This document shows, piece after piece, positions 43,614-54,189 of a DNA stretch of 64,000 nucleotides. Below the pieces are notes generated by a model. That model did no database searches. It worked only from the letters and a program-made list of their open reading frames with translations, and had not been told where the DNA came from. Positions within the stretch are counted from its first letter, which is position 1, and each line of letters begins with the position of its first letter. Location of the stretch: positions 879,288 to 943,287 of the forward strand of contig CAWKBC010000027.1 of NCBI GenBank assembly GCA_963847705.1, in the 5' to 3' direction. The translations under genes were made by a program, and so were the position numbers. The stretch is from an uncultured Pseudomonadota bacterium. Its GTDB lineage: Bacteria; Myxococcota_A; Polyangia; Fen-1088.

Positions 43614-45011
43614 GTGCTTCCCAAACCAGAAGACCAGGACAAGACCAGGGCGCTCGGCCCCAATCAGACGCCGATGGGTGTCGCGGCCGCCGTGGACGCC
43701 GACGCGCTGTCGCCGGGCACGATCGCCGGGGCCTACGTCCTCAAGCGGGAGATCGCCTCGGGCGGCGGTGGGACCGTCTACGAAGCGCAGCACAAGGTGC
43801 TTGGGCGCAAGGCGGCCGTGAAGGTGCTCCGGCGCCAGCTGGCCGCTTCTCCCCAGATGGTGACCCGGTTCGTGCGCGAGGCGCAGGCCGTCAACATGAT
43901 CAAGCACCCGGCCATCGTCGACATCTACGAGTTCGACACGCTCCCCGACGGGCGGCCGTTCTACGTGATGGAGCTGCTCGAGGGCACCGACGTGCGTTCG
44001 ATGCTCAACGACCGCGGCCGCTTCTCGCCCGCGGAGGTGCTGGAGATCCTCGATCCGGTCTGCACCGCGCTGCAGGTGGCGCACGAGCACGGCATCGTCC
44101 ACAGAGACCTCAAGGCCAGCAACATCTTCATGGCCACCTCCGGCGAGAGGCGCACCATCAAGCTGCTCGACTTCGGGATCGCCAAGCTGATGCATCCCGA
44201 CGCCTCGGAGGCCGGCCTGACCGTCGTCGGCACCCGGCTGGGGACCTCGTACACCATGGCGCCCGAACAGATCCGCGGCGACGGCGTCGACCCGCGTACC
44301 GACATCTATGCGCTGGGCGTGGTGCTCTACCACCTCCTGACCGGGCAGTATCCCTTCCGCGCCGAGACGATGACCGACATCGAGCGGCAGCACCTGGAGG
44401 CGCCGCCGCCGCGCCCCAGCCAGGCCGCGCCCGTCTCCCCGGCGTTCGACGCCGTCGTCCTGCGCTGCATGGAGAAGACGCCGGAGCGCCGGTACCAGAG
44501 CGCCAAGGCCTTCCTGGCGGCGCTGCGCGAGGCCGTCGGCACGAAGTCGGCCGAGGCCGAGATCACCGCGCGCGCGGCCGCGATCTACCTGGAGATCCGC
44601 ATCGCCGAGGGCGCCGACGCCGAGAGCGACGAGGTCCTCGACGACACCTCGGCGATCCTCGACGCGGCCGAGCAGAGCTTTCGCGGCGCCGGCCTGGGCC
44701 TCCCGCTGCAGACCGGCGGCGCCATCATCGGCGCCCGCCTGCTGTCGGACGATGCGCCGACCGCCGCCGCCGAGCGCGCCGAGGTGGTGGCGATCGCCAC
44801 CGGCCTTTGCGAGGCGCTCGCCGCGCGCGACTCCGCGGTGGCCGACGTGCACGTCAACGTCACGGTCCACGTCGGCGGGGCCTCGGTCAAGGATTCGGCG
44901 GAGGCCCCCGGCGGCAAGGAGATCGTCGGTGGCGAGGTGATGTCGACCGCCGACTGGGCGCCGCACGACAACGTCCCGGGCGTCCACCTCACCGACGCCG
45001 CCCGCGCCTGA
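43614..45011 (+). CDS. Hanks-type Ser/Thr protein kinase with an extra C-terminal domain
   Basis: AVKVL, HRDLKASN, LLDFGIAK, MAPEQ, DIYALG. Confidence 0.93.
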   Translation: MLPKPEDQDKTRALGPNQTPMGVAAAVDADALSPGTIAGAYVLKREIASGGGGTVYEAQHKVLGRKAAVKVLRRQLAASPQMVTRFVREAQAVNMIKHPAIVDIYEFDTLPDGRPFYVMELLEGTDVRSMLNDRGRFSPAEVLEILDPVCTALQVAHEHGIVHRDLKASNIFMATSGERRTIKLLDFGIAKLMHPDASEAGLTVVGTRLGTSYTMAPEQIRGDGVDPRTDIYALGVVLYHLLTGQYPFRAETMTDIERQHLEAPPPRPSQAAPVSPAFDAVVLRCMEKTPERRYQSAKAFLAALREAVGTKSAEAEITARAAAIYLEIRIAEGADAESDEVLDDTSAILDAAEQSFRGAGLGLPLQTGGAIIGARLLSDDAPTAAAERAEVVAIATGLCEALAARDSAVADVHVNVTVHVGGASVKDSAEAPGGKEIVGGEVMSTADWAPHDNVPGVHLTDAARA

Positions 45012-45022
45012 GAGCTGGACTT

Positions 45023-45260
45023 AGATCGCCTGGACGGAGTCGGGCTTGGCCCGACGGAGTCCAACGCGGGGGGGCACGGGGACCCTCCCAGGGTCCCCGA
45101 CCAGATCGCCTGGACGGAGTCGGGCTTGGCCCGACGGAGTCCAACGCGGGGGGGCACGGGGACCCTCCCAGGGTCCCCGACCAGATCGCCTGGACGGAGT
45201 CGGGCTTGGCCCGACGGAGTCCGTCGCGGCGGGGCACGGGGACCCTCCCAGGGTCCCCGA
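45023..45260. repeat. 3 x 80-bp tandem array of the two-hairpin element
   Basis: Units start at 45023, 45103 and 45183; homologous to the reverse complement of the 5185 array. Confidence 0.95.
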
Positions 45261-47039
45261 CTATTTGAGCAAGCCGGTGGCGATGGCGATGGCGATGACC
45301 ACGCCCATCACCGACTCGCCCGTGATCCCGCCGGCGGCCAGCGAGGTCAGCGACTCCTGATCGACGCTGGGGCGCACGCGCATCACCAGCGCGGCCGCCA
45401 TCGCGCCGGTCAGGGCCGCCAGTGACAGCGACGCCGGCATGAGCATCGCGATCCCCATCGCCGCCGGTGAGGGCAGGAATCGCCCCCAGGTGCGGCGGCC
45501 GAACACCGAGAGCAACACGCCGACGCCGAGACCGATGGCGCCTGCGACCGTCGCGTAAGGCGGGAGCGTCGAGAAGCCCCCCCGCACGGCCTCGGCGGTC
45601 GCCTTCCAGGAGATCGCCGAGGGCGCAGGCAGACTCTCGGTCCCGATGCCGTACGCCTTGACGATCACCAGATAGACCGGAACGACGACGAGGCCGCCGA
45701 TGAGGGCGCCCAGCAGCTGCGCCGCCAGCTGCGCGCGCGGCGACCCCCGCAGCCGCTCTCCGGCCTTGAAGGCCCAGAGCGTCTGCGCCGCCTGCGACGC
45801 GGTCCCCATCGAGACCGAGCCGGCCAAGATCGAGACGATGGGCCCGTAGCCGGAGAACAGGAGCTGGGTCAGCGTCCCGACCTGACCCACCGGCGCCAGA
45901 TCGGTCTCGCCGGTGGCGCGCGACGACACGACCGCCAGGATGAGCGCCGCCACGACGGCCACCAGCGCGGCCAGCGGGTGCAGGCCGAAGACCAGGCGCC
46001 CCACGGTGGCAATCGCCACGAAGCCCAGAACCACCGCCGGAAACGCTGCCCCCGTTCTCCCCGCTCCCTCGCTCGGCGGCGCGGGGACCTCGCCTCCGGC
46101 GCTCCTCCGGACGAAGCCCCCCAGGTCCCTCAGGGAGCGCACGACCGAGCGCCAGTCGAGAATCAGCGGCAGGAAGCTGCCGGCCAGCAGGAGGCCGAGA
46201 CCCGGCCAGACCAGCCAGGAGGCGCAGGCCGAAAACGACGCCTCCTTGACGATCTGCGTGCGGATCAGCCAGGGGGCGAGGCCGAGCCAGGCGATCGCCG
46301 AGCCGAGCGCCATGCTGGCCGCCGCCCGGATCCCCATCATGACCCCGGTGGAGAGCATGAGCGGGCTCCAGCTCATCCCCACCGTGAGCGCCCCGATCGA
46401 CACGCCCCCGATCACGCCGCCGAAGGCGGTGCTGTCGGGGATGAGGTGCGGCCGTCCGTCGCGGAGCCAGGTCACCGCCGCCGCCAGCACCGCCCCTCCG
46501 ATCAGGAAGCGTGCCCGGCGGACCGCGCTGGCGCGCGCCGCGAAGATGGTCTCGATCAGATCGCCGGTGGCGTTCCCGGTCGGAAACGGCAGCGCCTCGT
46601 CGACCACCAGCTTGCGGCGCAGCAGCGCGGCGGCGACGATTCCCACCAGCGCGACCGCCAGACCCCAGGCGCAGAGCGCCCAGCCGGGAAACGCGCGCCC
46701 CAGGAGCGCCATGGCCGGGACCGGTCCGCCGACGCCCGCCACGTAACCCATGATGGCCGCCGAGGCCGCCGTGGTCTGGGTGATGTTGTTCTCGAGCGCG
46801 CTGTAGGGGCGGCGCCCGAGCCGGGTGAAGGTGGCGAAGAACATGAACCCCAGGAGCGCCGCGGTGATGCTGCCACCGTCGATCATCGAGATCTTGAGGC
46901 CGGTGTAGACGTTCCCTGCCGCCAGCACCGCGCCGATCGCGCCCCCCACCAGGAGCGCGCGGGCGGTCAGCTCGGGGCGCGGCGAGATCTCCACCGGCCG
47001 AGGTTCTACCGTGACCGCCACCCGCGCCGCGAGATTCAC
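45261..47039 (-). CDS. OPT (YSL-like) family oligopeptide transporter
   Basis: ELTARAL, NVYTGLK, LENNITQT.ASA, LPFPTG.AT, GETD.AP, LPAPSA. Confidence 0.9.
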   Translation of the reverse strand: MNLAARVAVTVEPRPVEISPRPELTARALLVGGAIGAVLAAGNVYTGLKISMIDGGSITAALLGFMFFATFTRLGRRPYSALENNITQTTAASAAIMGYVAGVGGPVPAMALLGRAFPGWALCAWGLAVALVGIVAAALLRRKLVVDEALPFPTGNATGDLIETIFAARASAVRRARFLIGGAVLAAAVTWLRDGRPHLIPDSTAFGGVIGGVSIGALTVGMSWSPLMLSTGVMMGIRAAASMALGSAIAWLGLAPWLIRTQIVKEASFSACASWLVWPGLGLLLAGSFLPLILDWRSVVRSLRDLGGFVRRSAGGEVPAPPSEGAGRTGAAFPAVVLGFVAIATVGRLVFGLHPLAALVAVVAALILAVVSSRATGETDLAPVGQVGTLTQLLFSGYGPIVSILAGSVSMGTASQAAQTLWAFKAGERLRGSPRAQLAAQLLGALIGGLVVVPVYLVIVKAYGIGTESLPAPSAISWKATAEAVRGGFSTLPPYATVAGAIGLGVGVLLSVFGRRTWGRFLPSPAAMGIAMLMPASLSLAALTGAMAAALVMRVRPSVDQESLTSLAAGGITGESVMGVVIAIAIATGLLK

Positions 47040-47057
47040 GCCGAGATCACGCGCGTC

Positions 47058-48179
<1,122 letters not shown>

Positions 48180-48264
48180 GGTTCAGACATCGACCGGTAA
48201 AACAGTCTCCTTGACCGAATGCGGGCAATTCGTCGCCGACGGTGCCGCGCCGCGTTCGGCACGC

Positions 48265-49284
48265 TCAGTGCGCGAGGGCGATCTTCGCGGCGCCCAGCAG
48301 GCCCGGTTGCGCGTTCGTGACGATGAAGACCGGCAGCCGTTCGACCAGCGTGTGCAGGCGCCCCTTGCGGTCGAACGCCTCCCGAAACGCGCCGCGCTGC
48401 AGGTAGCTCAGGATACGCGGGGCGATCCCGCCGGCGACGAAGACACCGCCTGTCGCCAGCACCATGAGCCCGAGGTTCCCGGCCGTGGCGCCCAGGACAG
48501 AACAGAAAATTGACAGCGCCATCTCGCAGATCGGATCGGTCCCGGCCAGGGCCCGCTGCGAGATCGCCGCCGCCGGATCGCCCCCGTGCGTGGCCAGGGC
48601 GGCGGTGGTCTCGGGCCGGATGAGCCCGCGGCAAGCAGGCTCCTCCGAAAGGAACGTGAAGACGTCGACCAGCCCGTGGCCGGAGAGCACCCGCTCGCAG
48701 GAGACCCGCCCGTACTTGGTGATCAGGAACTGCACCAGGCCGAGCTCGAGTGGCGTGCGCGCCGCCAGGTCGACGTGCCCCCCCTCGGAGGGGACGACCT
48801 GATAGGCGTTGTCGGCGTCCGACCAGAGCAAGAAGGCCTGGCCGAGCCCGGTGCCCGCCCCGAGCACCGCGATCGGCCCGTGTGGCACGGGCGTGCCGCC
48901 GCCGATCGCCACCAGCTCGCCGGGCCCGACCGCGGTGACGCCCAGCGCGGCGGCGTAGAAGTCGTTGACCAGCGTGACCCGCGCGATCCCCAGCCGCTGG
49001 GCCAGCGTCCGCCCGTCGACGATCCAGGGGAGGTTGGTGGCGCGGCACATGTTGTTCTCGATCGGGCCGGCGATGCCGAAGCAGGCCTGCGCCACCTTGG
49101 CGGCGGCGCCGATCTTGGCGGTGGCCGCGGCCGCGAACTCGTCGACGATGACGTCGAGCGACGGGTAGGCCGGCGACGGATAGGTCTTCTCGTAGAGCAC
49201 CGCGCCCACCGCGCCGTTGGCGCCGGCCTGGTAGATCGTCAGCCGCGCGTTGGTCCCCCCGATGTCTCCTGCCAGGACGGTCAT
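48265..49284 (-). CDS. glk: Glucokinase
   Basis: LAGDIGGTNAR, TNLPW, LVNDF, GAGTGLG, SEGGH, GGIAPRI. Confidence 0.95.
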   Translation of the reverse strand: MTVLAGDIGGTNARLTIYQAGANGAVGAVLYEKTYPSPAYPSLDVIVDEFAAAATAKIGAAAKVAQACFGIAGPIENNMCRATNLPWIVDGRTLAQRLGIARVTLVNDFYAAALGVTAVGPGELVAIGGGTPVPHGPIAVLGAGTGLGQAFLLWSDADNAYQVVPSEGGHVDLAARTPLELGLVQFLITKYGRVSCERVLSGHGLVDVFTFLSEEPACRGLIRPETTAALATHGGDPAAAISQRALAGTDPICEMALSIFCSVLGATAGNLGLMVLATGGVFVAGGIAPRILSYLQRGAFREAFDRKGRLHTLVERLPVFIVTNAQPGLLGAAKIALAH

Positions 49285-50006
49285 TTCTTGAGGAACCCGG
49301 TGGTGAGGGCGCTGGCGGCCTCCCGATCGCAGAACACGGTCACGGGGCCGCTGGTCCGGCGCACGATCCGCGCGGCCGGCAGATGACCGACCTCCACGAC
49401 CGTCGCCAGGGCCGCCGCCTTCTCGCGTCCTGTCACCAGGAAGCAGACCTCGCGCGCACCGCACAGGGCAGGGTAGGTGAGGGTGAGCCGGCGGGTCCCC
49501 ATCTCGGGGACGTCGACCGCCACGGCCAGGCGATCCTCCTCGGCCAGCGCCGAGGTCCCCGGGAAGAGCGACGCCGTGTGTCCGTCGGGGCCCAGGCCGA
49601 GCAGCGCCAGATCGAGCCAGGGGGCCGAGGCGCCCGCCCGGAGCGCCGCCTCGTAGTCGCGCGCGGCCGCGTCGAGGTCGGGATCCTCGGCGCGCCAGCG
49701 GACCACGTTGGCCGGCGAGACGCGCGCCGGATCGAGCAGCGTCTCGCGCACCATCCGGTAGTTCGACTTCGAATCACCGGGCGGCACCGCGCGCTCGTCG
49801 CCGAAAAACACGTGCGCGCGCGTCCAGTCGACGCCTGCGACGAGGGCCGGATAGAGGGCGCGCGGCGTGGAGCCGCCGGCGAGCGCGATCCGAAACCGTC
49901 CGCGCGCGGCGATGGCCGCGCTGGCGGCGGCGCGAAGGTGCGCGGCGGCAATCTCGACGAGCTCGGGGAGGGTGGTGGCGACGACGATCTTTGGTTGACC
50001 AGGCAC
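49281..50006 (-). CDS. pgl: 6-phosphogluconolactonase
   Basis: ALAGGSTP, FGDERAVP, SNYR, LGLGPDGHTASLFP. Confidence 0.95.
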   Translation of the reverse strand: MPGQPKIVVATTLPELVEIAAAHLRAAASAAIAARGRFRIALAGGSTPRALYPALVAGVDWTRAHVFFGDERAVPPGDSKSNYRMVRETLLDPARVSPANVVRWRAEDPDLDAAARDYEAALRAGASAPWLDLALLGLGPDGHTASLFPGTSALAEEDRLAVAVDVPEMGTRRLTLTYPALCGAREVCFLVTGREKAAALATVVEVGHLPAARIVRRTSGPVTVFCDREAASALTTGFLKK

Positions 50007-50077
50007 GGCGCCGCGGAACTTACCGCGCAGGGCGCGTCTTGTCTCGGCCGACGCACGGTGCTAGTTGAGACCGTCAC

Positions 50078-51349
50078 ATGGGCGCCTTCGAAGAGCTCTC
50101 CTGGCGCGGCCTCGTCCAGCAAACGACCGCCGAGAACATGTCCGAGATCCTGGGGACGCCCCTGGCGGTCTACTCCGGGTTCGACCCGACCGCCGCCAGC
50201 CTCCACGCCGGAAACCTGGTGCCGCTCATGCTGCTCACCCACCTGCGGCGCCACGGACACCAGGCGCTGCCGCTGGTGGGCGGCGCGACCGGAATGATCG
50301 GCGATCCCTCGGGCAAGACCAGCGAGCGCACCCTCCTCGACGGCGACAAGGTCCTGGAGAACACCGCCAAGATCCGGGCGCAGATCGAGCGCTTCTTCGC
50401 CAACGACGAGGGGCCGCCCGTGAAGGTGGTCGACAACCTCGACTGGCTCGGGCAGGTGCGGCTGCTCGACTTCCTGCGCGACGTCGGCAAGCACTTCGCG
50501 GTCAACCAGATGATCCAGCGCGACTCGGTGAAGAACCGCTTCGAGTCGCGCGAGAGCGGGATTTCGTACACCGAGTTCTCCTACATGCTGCTGCAGGCCT
50601 ACGACTTCCACGAGCTCAACCGCCGCCACGGCTGCCGCATGCAGGTCGGCGCCTCCGACCAATGGGGGAACATCGTGTCGGGCGTCGACCTCTGTCGCCG
50701 CCTCTCGGGCAATACCGTCTACGGGCTCACGGCGCCTCTCCTCACCAACAGCGAGGGGAAGAAGTACGGCAAGAGCGAGAAGGGGGCGGTGTTCCTGGAC
50801 GGAAGCCTCACCTCGCCGTTCGACTTCTACCAGTTCTGGTTCAACAGCGCGGACGCCGACGTGGGGAAATTCCTGCGCTGGCTCACCGTGCGCGAGAAGG
50901 AGGAGATCGCGGCGCTCGAGGCGGCGCCGGGAGCGGAGCGGCGCGCGCAGCGGGCCCTGGCCGAGGATCTCACCCGCCGCGTCCACGGCGCCGACGCGCT
51001 GGCCGAGGTCCTCCGGGCCCTGGCGTCGCTGTTCGGTGGCGGCGATCTGCGGGCGGTCAGCGGCGCCACCCTCGACGCCGCGCTGGGCGCCGCGCCGGCG
51101 ATCACCGTCGAGCGCGCGCGGTTCGACGGAGAGGGGGCGCTGCTCGTCGATCTCCTGGCCGAGGTCGGCGCCTGCCCGTCCAAGTCCGACGCCCGTCGCC
51201 AGATCGCCGCCGGCGCGATCGCGGTCAACGGCGTGCCCCTGGTCGCCGGATCGGCAGAGACGCGGGTGACCGCGCCTGAGCTCATCGACGGTCGGCTGGT
51301 CGTCCTGCGCCGGGGCAAGCGCAACAACTACGTCGTCCGCGTCCGCTGA
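50078..51349 (+). CDS. tyrS: Tyrosine--tRNA ligase
   Basis: GFDPTA.SLHAGN, LLQAYDF, DQWGNI, KYGKS, S4-like tail. Confidence 0.97.
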   Translation: MGAFEELSWRGLVQQTTAENMSEILGTPLAVYSGFDPTAASLHAGNLVPLMLLTHLRRHGHQALPLVGGATGMIGDPSGKTSERTLLDGDKVLENTAKIRAQIERFFANDEGPPVKVVDNLDWLGQVRLLDFLRDVGKHFAVNQMIQRDSVKNRFESRESGISYTEFSYMLLQAYDFHELNRRHGCRMQVGASDQWGNIVSGVDLCRRLSGNTVYGLTAPLLTNSEGKKYGKSEKGAVFLDGSLTSPFDFYQFWFNSADADVGKFLRWLTVREKEEIAALEAAPGAERRAQRALAEDLTRRVHGADALAEVLRALASLFGGGDLRAVSGATLDAALGAAPAITVERARFDGEGALLVDLLAEVGACPSKSDARRQIAAGAIAVNGVPLVAGSAETRVTAPELIDGRLVVLRRGKRNNYVVRVR

Positions 51350-51353
51350 CGCT

Positions 51354-52583
51354 CTATCGCCGACTTCCCACGCTCTTCGCTTCCAGGGCCCAGAGACGCC
51401 CGGCGTATTCGAGGCAGCGCGCGAACAGCGGATCGCGGCCGCGCGGACCCAGCGCGGCGACGCAGATGTCGGCGTCCGAGTAGGTGTCCAGCTTGACCGC
51501 CCGGGCCGGCGCGATCGGCAGCTGAAGCCGCGCCTGATCCAGCGCCTCGCGGCTGACGACGTATTCGTCGCCGCCGCTCGCCAGCTCGATGGAGAGGATG
51601 GCGCTCTGATCGCAAGCGCCGGCGCCGGGAATGACGAACGCCTCGAGGCTGCCCCCGTCGGGGCGGTCGAAGTCGAACCGCAGCCCTCGGTCCGAGGTCT
51701 CGCCGCAGCGGAGCGGCCGCCATCCGAGCAGCTGCCCCAACCAGGCGACGACGAGCAACGCGCTGACGTCACCGCTCGGTCGGTGGCGAATCGCCAACCG
51801 GGTGGCGCTGCGCAACGGCCCACCACCCACCGGTGGATCGAAGAGGCCGGCAAACAGCAGGCGAAAGCTGGCCAGCCGCAACCATGCGAGATCGGCGACC
51901 GGCCGCGGGAACATGCGGGCCGCCAGCCGCTCGAGATCCTGCAGCTGGAGCGGCCCGGTGCAGGTCCCGGTGTCGACGATCAGGCGACGCGTCACCGGCA
52001 TGAGCTCTCGGGTGAGAAGCGTCGAGGGCATCGCGGCGTCCATCCAGAGCGTCGCCGTGCGGACCCCAGGGACCTGCAGCGCGCGCACCATCGCGCCGAA
52101 GTGCGCCTCCGCCCCGGTCGGACCGACCAGGGTGATCTCCTCCGAGTAGACCACGCGGCCGCCGCCCGGTTGCGAGACCACGTTGCTCTCGATCGTCGCC
52201 GCCAGCTCACCGCTGCCGGCCGCATCGTCGAGGCAGAGCATGATGGCCCGGACCGGGACCGCCGGCGCGATGGCGTCGACCAGGGCCTTGGTGGTGGCCA
52301 GCTCCTGGCGGCCGCGGGTCGGGATCACCAGATTCCAGAGGGCCGCGCGCGAGACCGCCCCGGTCTGTCCGCCCCCGGCGTGGGAGGCCGCCTGCCAGAG
52401 CGCGCCCAGCTCGCGCTCGATCTCGCCGACGTCGACGGCGATCGGCTCGCCGCGCGCGAAGCGCTCGAAGTTGGCGCGCGCGCTGTCAGCGTCGCGTGGA
52501 CCGAGCTGGGCTTCGCCCGGCGAGGTCCCTCGCGGGAGGTGCGGAACCCTCCCAGGGTTCTGCGTTTGATCGTCGCCGGTCAT
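51354..52583 (-). CDS. opcA: Glucose-6-phosphate dehydrogenase assembly protein OpcA-like
   Basis: IERELGALW, RAALWNLV, SEEITL, RLIVDT, DLAWLRL; ATGA-coupled to zwf. Confidence 0.85.
   Translation of the reverse strand: MTGDDQTQNPGRVPHLPRGTSPGEAQLGPRDADSARANFERFARGEPIAVDVGEIERELGALWQAASHAGGGQTGAVSRAALWNLVIPTRGRQELATTKALVDAIAPAVPVRAIMLCLDDAAGSGELAATIESNVVSQPGGGRVVYSEEITLVGPTGAEAHFGAMVRALQVPGVRTATLWMDAAMPSTLLTRELMPVTRRLIVDTGTCTGPLQLQDLERLAARMFPRPVADLAWLRLASFRLLFAGLFDPPVGGGPLRSATRLAIRHRPSGDVSALLVVAWLGQLLGWRPLRCGETSDRGLRFDFDRPDGGSLEAFVIPGAGACDQSAILSIELASGGDEYVVSREALDQARLQLPIAPARAVKLDTYSDADICVAALGPRGRDPLFARCLEYAGRLWALEAKSVGSRR
52492..52563 (+). repeat. Two-hairpin element inside the opcA 5' coding region
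   Basis: TCGCG-T-GGACC-GA-GCTGGGC-TTC-GCCCGGC-GA-GGTCC-CT-CGCG-GGAGGT-GCGGAACCCT-CCC-AGGGTTCTGC. Confidence 0.85.
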
Positions 52584-54152
52584 GGCAGCCGCCAGGCCCG
52601 TCCGTCTGCGGCCAGCATCTGGTCCGCCTCTTCCGGCCCCCAGCTGCCGGCCGCGTAGGCGGGCAGGGTGGTCTTGCCGGCGGCGGTCTCGGCGGCCCAG
52701 TGCTGGTGGATCCGGGAGACCCAGCTCCAGCTCGCCTCCACCTCGTCGCCGCGGGTGAACAGCGTCCCGTCGCCGAGGAGGCAATCGAGCAGCAGCCGCT
52801 CGTAGGCCTCGGGCGGCTCGAAGCCGAACGACGACCCGTAGCGAAACTCCATGCTCACCGGCGCGATCTCCATCGCCGGCCCCGGCATCTTCGAGCCGAA
52901 GTTGAGCGCGATCCCCTCGTCGGGCTGGATCCGGATGCTGAGGACGTTGGGGCGAATCGCCTGCCCCTTCTTCTGGCCGAACAGCAGGTGCGGCGCCTCC
53001 TTGAAGTGGATGGCGATCTCGGTGACCCGCTTGGGGAGCCGCTTGCCCGAGCGCAGGTAGAACGGCACGCCCGCCCAGCGCCACGAATCGATGAAGAGCT
53101 TGAGCGCCACGTACGTCTCGGTGGTCGACTGCGGGTTGACGGCCGGCTCCGCGCGGTAGCCGGGGACGGCGCGCCCCGCGATCGAGCCGGCGGCGTATTG
53201 CGCGCGCACGACCTGACGCTCGAATTCACTTTCGGGAATGTGGCGCAGCGCCTTCAAGACCTTGAGCTTTTCGTCCCGCACCTCGTCGGCCTCGAAGGCG
53301 ACCGGCGGCTCCATCGCGGCCAAGCTCAAGACCTGGAGCAGGTGGTTCTGGACCATGTCGCGCATGCTGCCGGCCTGCTCGAAATAGCCGCCGCGCCCCT
53401 CCACGCCGACCGTCTCCGACCCGGTGATCTGGACATGGTCGACGAAGTGGTTGTTCCAGAGCGGCTCGAAGATCCCGTTGGCGAACCGGAACACCAGTAG
53501 GTTCTGGACCGTCTCTTTTCCCAGGTAGTGATCGATGCGGTAGATCTGCCGCTCGTCGAGGATCTCGTGGACCTGGCGGTTGAGCGCCCGCGCTGTCTCC
53601 AGGTCGACGCCGAACGGCTTCTCGATGATCACCCGCGCGAACGGCTTGCCGGGCGCCGGCTTGGGCGCCAGGTCGGCCTGGCCCAGGCTGCGGATCACCG
53701 GCGCGAACGCCGAGGGCGGCGTCGACAGATAGAAGACCCGGTTGCCGGGGAGCCCCAGCGTCCGCTCGATCTCCTCGAGCCGCAGCTTCAGCCGCTGGAA
53801 CGCCGCCGGATCGTCGTAGGCCCCCTGCTGGTAGAAGAGGTTGCGCGCGAACGCGGCCCACAGCGGCGCATCGACCGGGCGGCGGCGCGCGAACTCGTCA
53901 CACCCGCGACGCATCTCCTCGCGAAAGGCGTCGTCGTCCTGCGCGTGCCGCCCGAAGCCGAGGACCGCGAACCGCGCCGGCAACAACCGGTCGCGGGTCA
54001 GGCTGTAGAGCGCCGGCAGCAGCTTGCGGCGGGCCAGATCGCCCGAGGCCCCGAAGATGACCATGGTGGCCGGCTCGGGGATGCGCTCCTCGACCAACCC
54101 CTCGCGCAAGGGGTTGGGCAGCGCAGACGACGGGACTGAGAATCTTCTCCAC
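52580..54152 (-). CDS. zwf: Glucose-6-phosphate 1-dehydrogenase (probable +1 error near 54132)
   Basis: IFGASGDLA, EKPFG, YRIDHYLGKE, RDMVQNH; AGGAG-GTG at 54152 joins the frame if one C of a CCC run is removed. Confidence 0.95.
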
Positions 54153-54189
54153 GGCGCTCCTGTCGTCTGTTTCGTTCGTAGGGGCCGCG

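Noticed and set aside
48257-48272. Sigma54-like CGGCACG-N4-GTGC
   Set aside because: It points antisense into the glk 3' end with no gene to drive.
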